Origin: Planctomycetota bacterium
GTDB lineage: Bacteria > Planctomycetota > PUPC01 > JACPCR01
Reading direction: 5' to 3'
DNA: 17,684 nt
Assembly: GCA_016179685.1 (NCBI GenBank)
Contig: JACPCR010000037.1
Coordinates: 1 to 17,684, forward strand
Positions 15,975 through 17,684 of the stretch are shown here, piece after piece. The first letter of the stretch is position 1; each line of letters opens with the position of its first letter. A program made the translations under genes and the position numbers. Under the pieces are notes generated by a model that had not been told where the DNA came from, did not search any database, and saw nothing but the letters and a program-made list of their open reading frames with translations.

Positions 15975-16781
15975 CTACTCGGTCTCTTCCACGTAATAGA
16001 AATTTTCCTTCGGTTCGTGCTCGAGGAAAAGCACTTTCTTGCCCGGCCCGATGGGAGAGTGGTTTTCCTTGACCCGGCAATAAATCTGCAGCGTGCCCGT
16101 ATGGGTCTGGACCAGGGCCACCCCGGCACTCGAGGTGATGTTCAGGGTCGCCGTCCCGGTCAGACCCACGATCTCCATCGGGCTCAGGTGAGCATAAGTC
16201 TCAGACTTGGGGACGAGCCGTCCGAGGAAGCGGGCACACTTGCGGGTGAAGACGACGCTGCAAAAGAGCGCGATGGCGAGGGACGGCCAGATGAAGAGCC
16301 ATTCGCTCTTGAGGACCGGCGAAAGGACCCGATTCGAGAGCATGCCAGCGACGCCCCAGGTGAGGGTGAGGGAGCAGAGCACGACGACCATGGGGACCTG
16401 GCCAAGGCCGAGGAAGCCGAGGAAGCCCTCGTTAGCGCTTTCGGCTGCGTGGCTCACGGCGAGGTGGCCATGCTCCGCGTCGTGCTCCTGGTCCTGGTCG
16501 GAATCGTGTTCGGAATCCTGATCCTGGTCCGCATCGTGGTCCGCGTCATGGTCGGCGTCGTGGTCGATGTCGTGATCCACATCGTGATCGACGTCGGCGC
16601 CCTCCATGGCGAAGCCGAGGGAATAGAGGATGGCGTACAGAAGCCCGAGCCCCAGGGGGAGCAGGAAGAGGAGGTTGTACCACTCGAGAAGTTCCTTGAG
16701 CGAGGACACTCGAATGACCCTTCGGACACCGCGGGAAACTGGGGGCCAATGATCACATCGACCCTCCATCGAACAGGTCAC
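15975..16781 (-). CDS. YqiJ/NfeD-like membrane protein (flotillin-associated, C-terminal OB-fold) with a His/Asp-rich repeat segment
   Basis: Hydrophobic N-terminal region LLFLLPLGLGLLYAILYSL, then the D/H-rich low-complexity stretch, further TM helices, and an NfeD-type C-terminus (MEIVGLTGTATLNITS...GKKVLFLEHE) similar in pattern to E. coli YqiJ. Start uncertain: GTG at 16781 (track), or internal GTG at 16709 with AAGGG upstream. Confidence 0.75.
   Translation of the reverse strand: MTCSMEGRCDHWPPVSRGVRRVIRVSSLKELLEWYNLLFLLPLGLGLLYAILYSLGFAMEGADVDHDVDHDIDHDADHDADHDADQDQDSEHDSDQDQEHDAEHGHLAVSHAAESANEGFLGFLGLGQVPMVVVLCSLTLTWGVAGMLSNRVLSPVLKSEWLFIWPSLAIALFCSVVFTRKCARFLGRLVPKSETYAHLSPMEIVGLTGTATLNITSSAGVALVQTHTGTLQIYCRVKENHSPIGPGKKVLFLEHEPKENFYYVEETE
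16464..16598. repeat. Imperfect 6/12-nt tandem coding repeat encoding DVDHDVDHDIDHDADHDADHDADQDQDSEHDSDQDQEHDAEHGH
   Basis: Plus-strand text is a gtcgtg/atcgtg/gtccgc-type periodic repeat (ggtcctggtcggaatcgtgttcggaatcctgatcctggtccgcatcgtggtccgcgtcatggtcggcgtcgtggtcgatgtcgtgatccacatcgtgatcgacgtc), in frame within the YqiJ-like gene. Confidence 0.8.
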
Positions 16782-17330
16782 AGAATTTTAAGATGCCCGT
16801 CCAGAGTGTCAAGCCGAGAGGAAGCCGAGCATTCTGCAAAAGGATTCTGGGGTCCTGCTTCCTGGGCGATACGAGGGTTGCGCCTGGTGTAGCACGGTCG
16901 CTGTGCGACCGCAGAGCTGGCAACCGGCCCGCCGCACAGCCGCGGGACTACACCGAAACCGGCCACCGGCCGAATTTTCTGGGGATGACCCATGAGGCAG
17001 GAAGGAGACGTCTTGGCGGCTTGCGTCAGGCGGCGGAGGAAGGCAGGGCCATCGTTGTACTCCCGCCGTGCGAACTGAGGATAGTGACGCGCTCGGACCG
17101 GGGTGGTCGAGCCACCCGGTTTTTCACCCGCTCAGACTTTACCTGGATTCGCATCCCGGGGGCCTCTCTCCCGTCCCTGACCGTCACCGGAGCGCACACG
17201 CGCCTCGGTGACACGACTCCCATCCCTGCTGCGATTCCGACCCGACCGTTCCAGCCCATGTTTGGACCTTTACGACGTAAGTCTTTACTGGGCAAAGCTA
17301 TAGACCGGACAGATTTCGGCCAATCCTGGC

Positions 17331-17684
17331 TGTAACCTATTTTCCCAAAAAGAGTTAAAAAAAACCATGTCGAGTACACTGTTCCTGCTAAAAAGAGATT
17401 TCTAAAAATCGGTCGTTTAAGAGGTAACACTTTTTCATCCTGTTTTTCAACCCTTTGCACAGGAGGAAACGATGTCTACCTCACGAAACGCCAAGGAATC
17501 TCGGCGGGTCCATAGCCAGCAGGAACGCCTTCTGATTCTCAAAGAAGGTGAAGAGTTCGGCGTGATGGAGACGTGCCAGCGGCATGGGATTCATTTCACC
17601 ACGTGGTATGAGTGGCGTCGGAAGTATCAGAAGGAAGGGGAGGCTGGACTGGGGACGAAGGGGCGTTCCGACCAGGGACGTGAG
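17331..17684 (+). mobile_element. Left end of an insertion sequence (IS481-family or IS3-like); boundary approximate
   Basis: Abrupt switch to AT-rich sequence (~17270-17470) after GC-rich DNA. Strong AGGAGG 7 nt before the transposase ATG. Terminal inverted repeat not determinable from this window. Confidence 0.3.
17472..17684 (+). CDS. Transposase N-terminal HTH domain (IS481-family / IS3 OrfA-like), truncated by the window edge
   Basis: MSTSRNAKESRRVHSQQERLLILKEGEEFGVMETCQRHGIHFTTWYEWRRKYQKEGEAGLGTKGRSDQGRE. The HTH followed by W-x-RRY-x-EGEAGL-x-D/S-R is characteristic of IS481/IS3 transposase N-termini. Open to the window end. Confidence 0.6.
   Translation, partial: MSTSRNAKESRRVHSQQERLLILKEGEEFGVMETCQRHGIHFTTWYEWRRKYQKEGEAGLGTKGRSDQGRE

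Noticed and set aside
13905-16892. 995 aa plus-strand ORF (and similar long antisense ORFs at 668-2479, 8441-9373, 9507-10412, 4718-5710, 6103-7050, 1914-2660, 3006-3863, 11019-12680, 11098-12060 and 12456-13379)
   Set aside because: These lie antisense to, or out of frame with, well-supported genes. Their products are Arg/Gly/Pro/Ala-rich low-complexity sequence typical of stop-codon-poor alternative frames in high-GC DNA. They have no recognisable domains.
17026-17460. 144 aa minus-strand ORF upstream of the IS
   Set aside because: Starts in the AT-rich IS-proximal segment and runs into GC-rich DNA with low-complexity translation. No domain recognised. It may at most contain a short hydrophobic peptide.

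Overview
High-GC (~65%) bacterial chromosomal window with compact, mostly minus-strand genes. Many initiation regions have a weak or no Shine-Dalgarno sequence.

Genes supported, in order:
- an HD-domain (HD_3/YfbR-like) phosphohydrolase;
- an enolase-superfamily D-mannonate/D-gluconate dehydratase-like enzyme (ManD subgroup);
- divergently, a monomeric sarcosine oxidase / N-methyltryptophan oxidase / fructosyl-amine oxidase family FAD oxidase;
- a small ribbon-helix-helix (Arc/CopG/antitoxin-like) ORF, abutting
- a ~357 aa soluble protein (possibly galactose-mutarotase-like) and
- a 552 aa polytopic membrane protein (putative ABC-exporter-type permease);
- a 620 bp lower-GC island with a small Cys-rich zinc-ribbon ORF;
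- argH (argininosuccinate lyase);
- a 409 bp spacer with two ~30 bp direct repeats;
- an ABC-2-type ATPase that appears orphaned;
- a 742 bp non-coding region with a perfect 24 bp inverted repeat and a 17 bp-stem hairpin;
- an M16 (pitrilysin-family) zinc peptidase;
- a four-gene minus-strand membrane-microdomain cluster: YqiJ/NfeD-like protein with a His/Asp-rich repeat, a flotillin/YqiK-like SPFH protein, a KcsA-like 2TM K+ channel and an alkaline-ceramidase-family membrane hydrolase, with a perfect 40 bp palindrome between the flotillin and channel genes;
- the 5' end of an IS481/IS3-like transposase in an AT-rich segment at the 3' window edge.

No rRNA, convincing tRNA or CRISPR array was seen. 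Several large antisense ORFs on the track are GC-rich frame artefacts.
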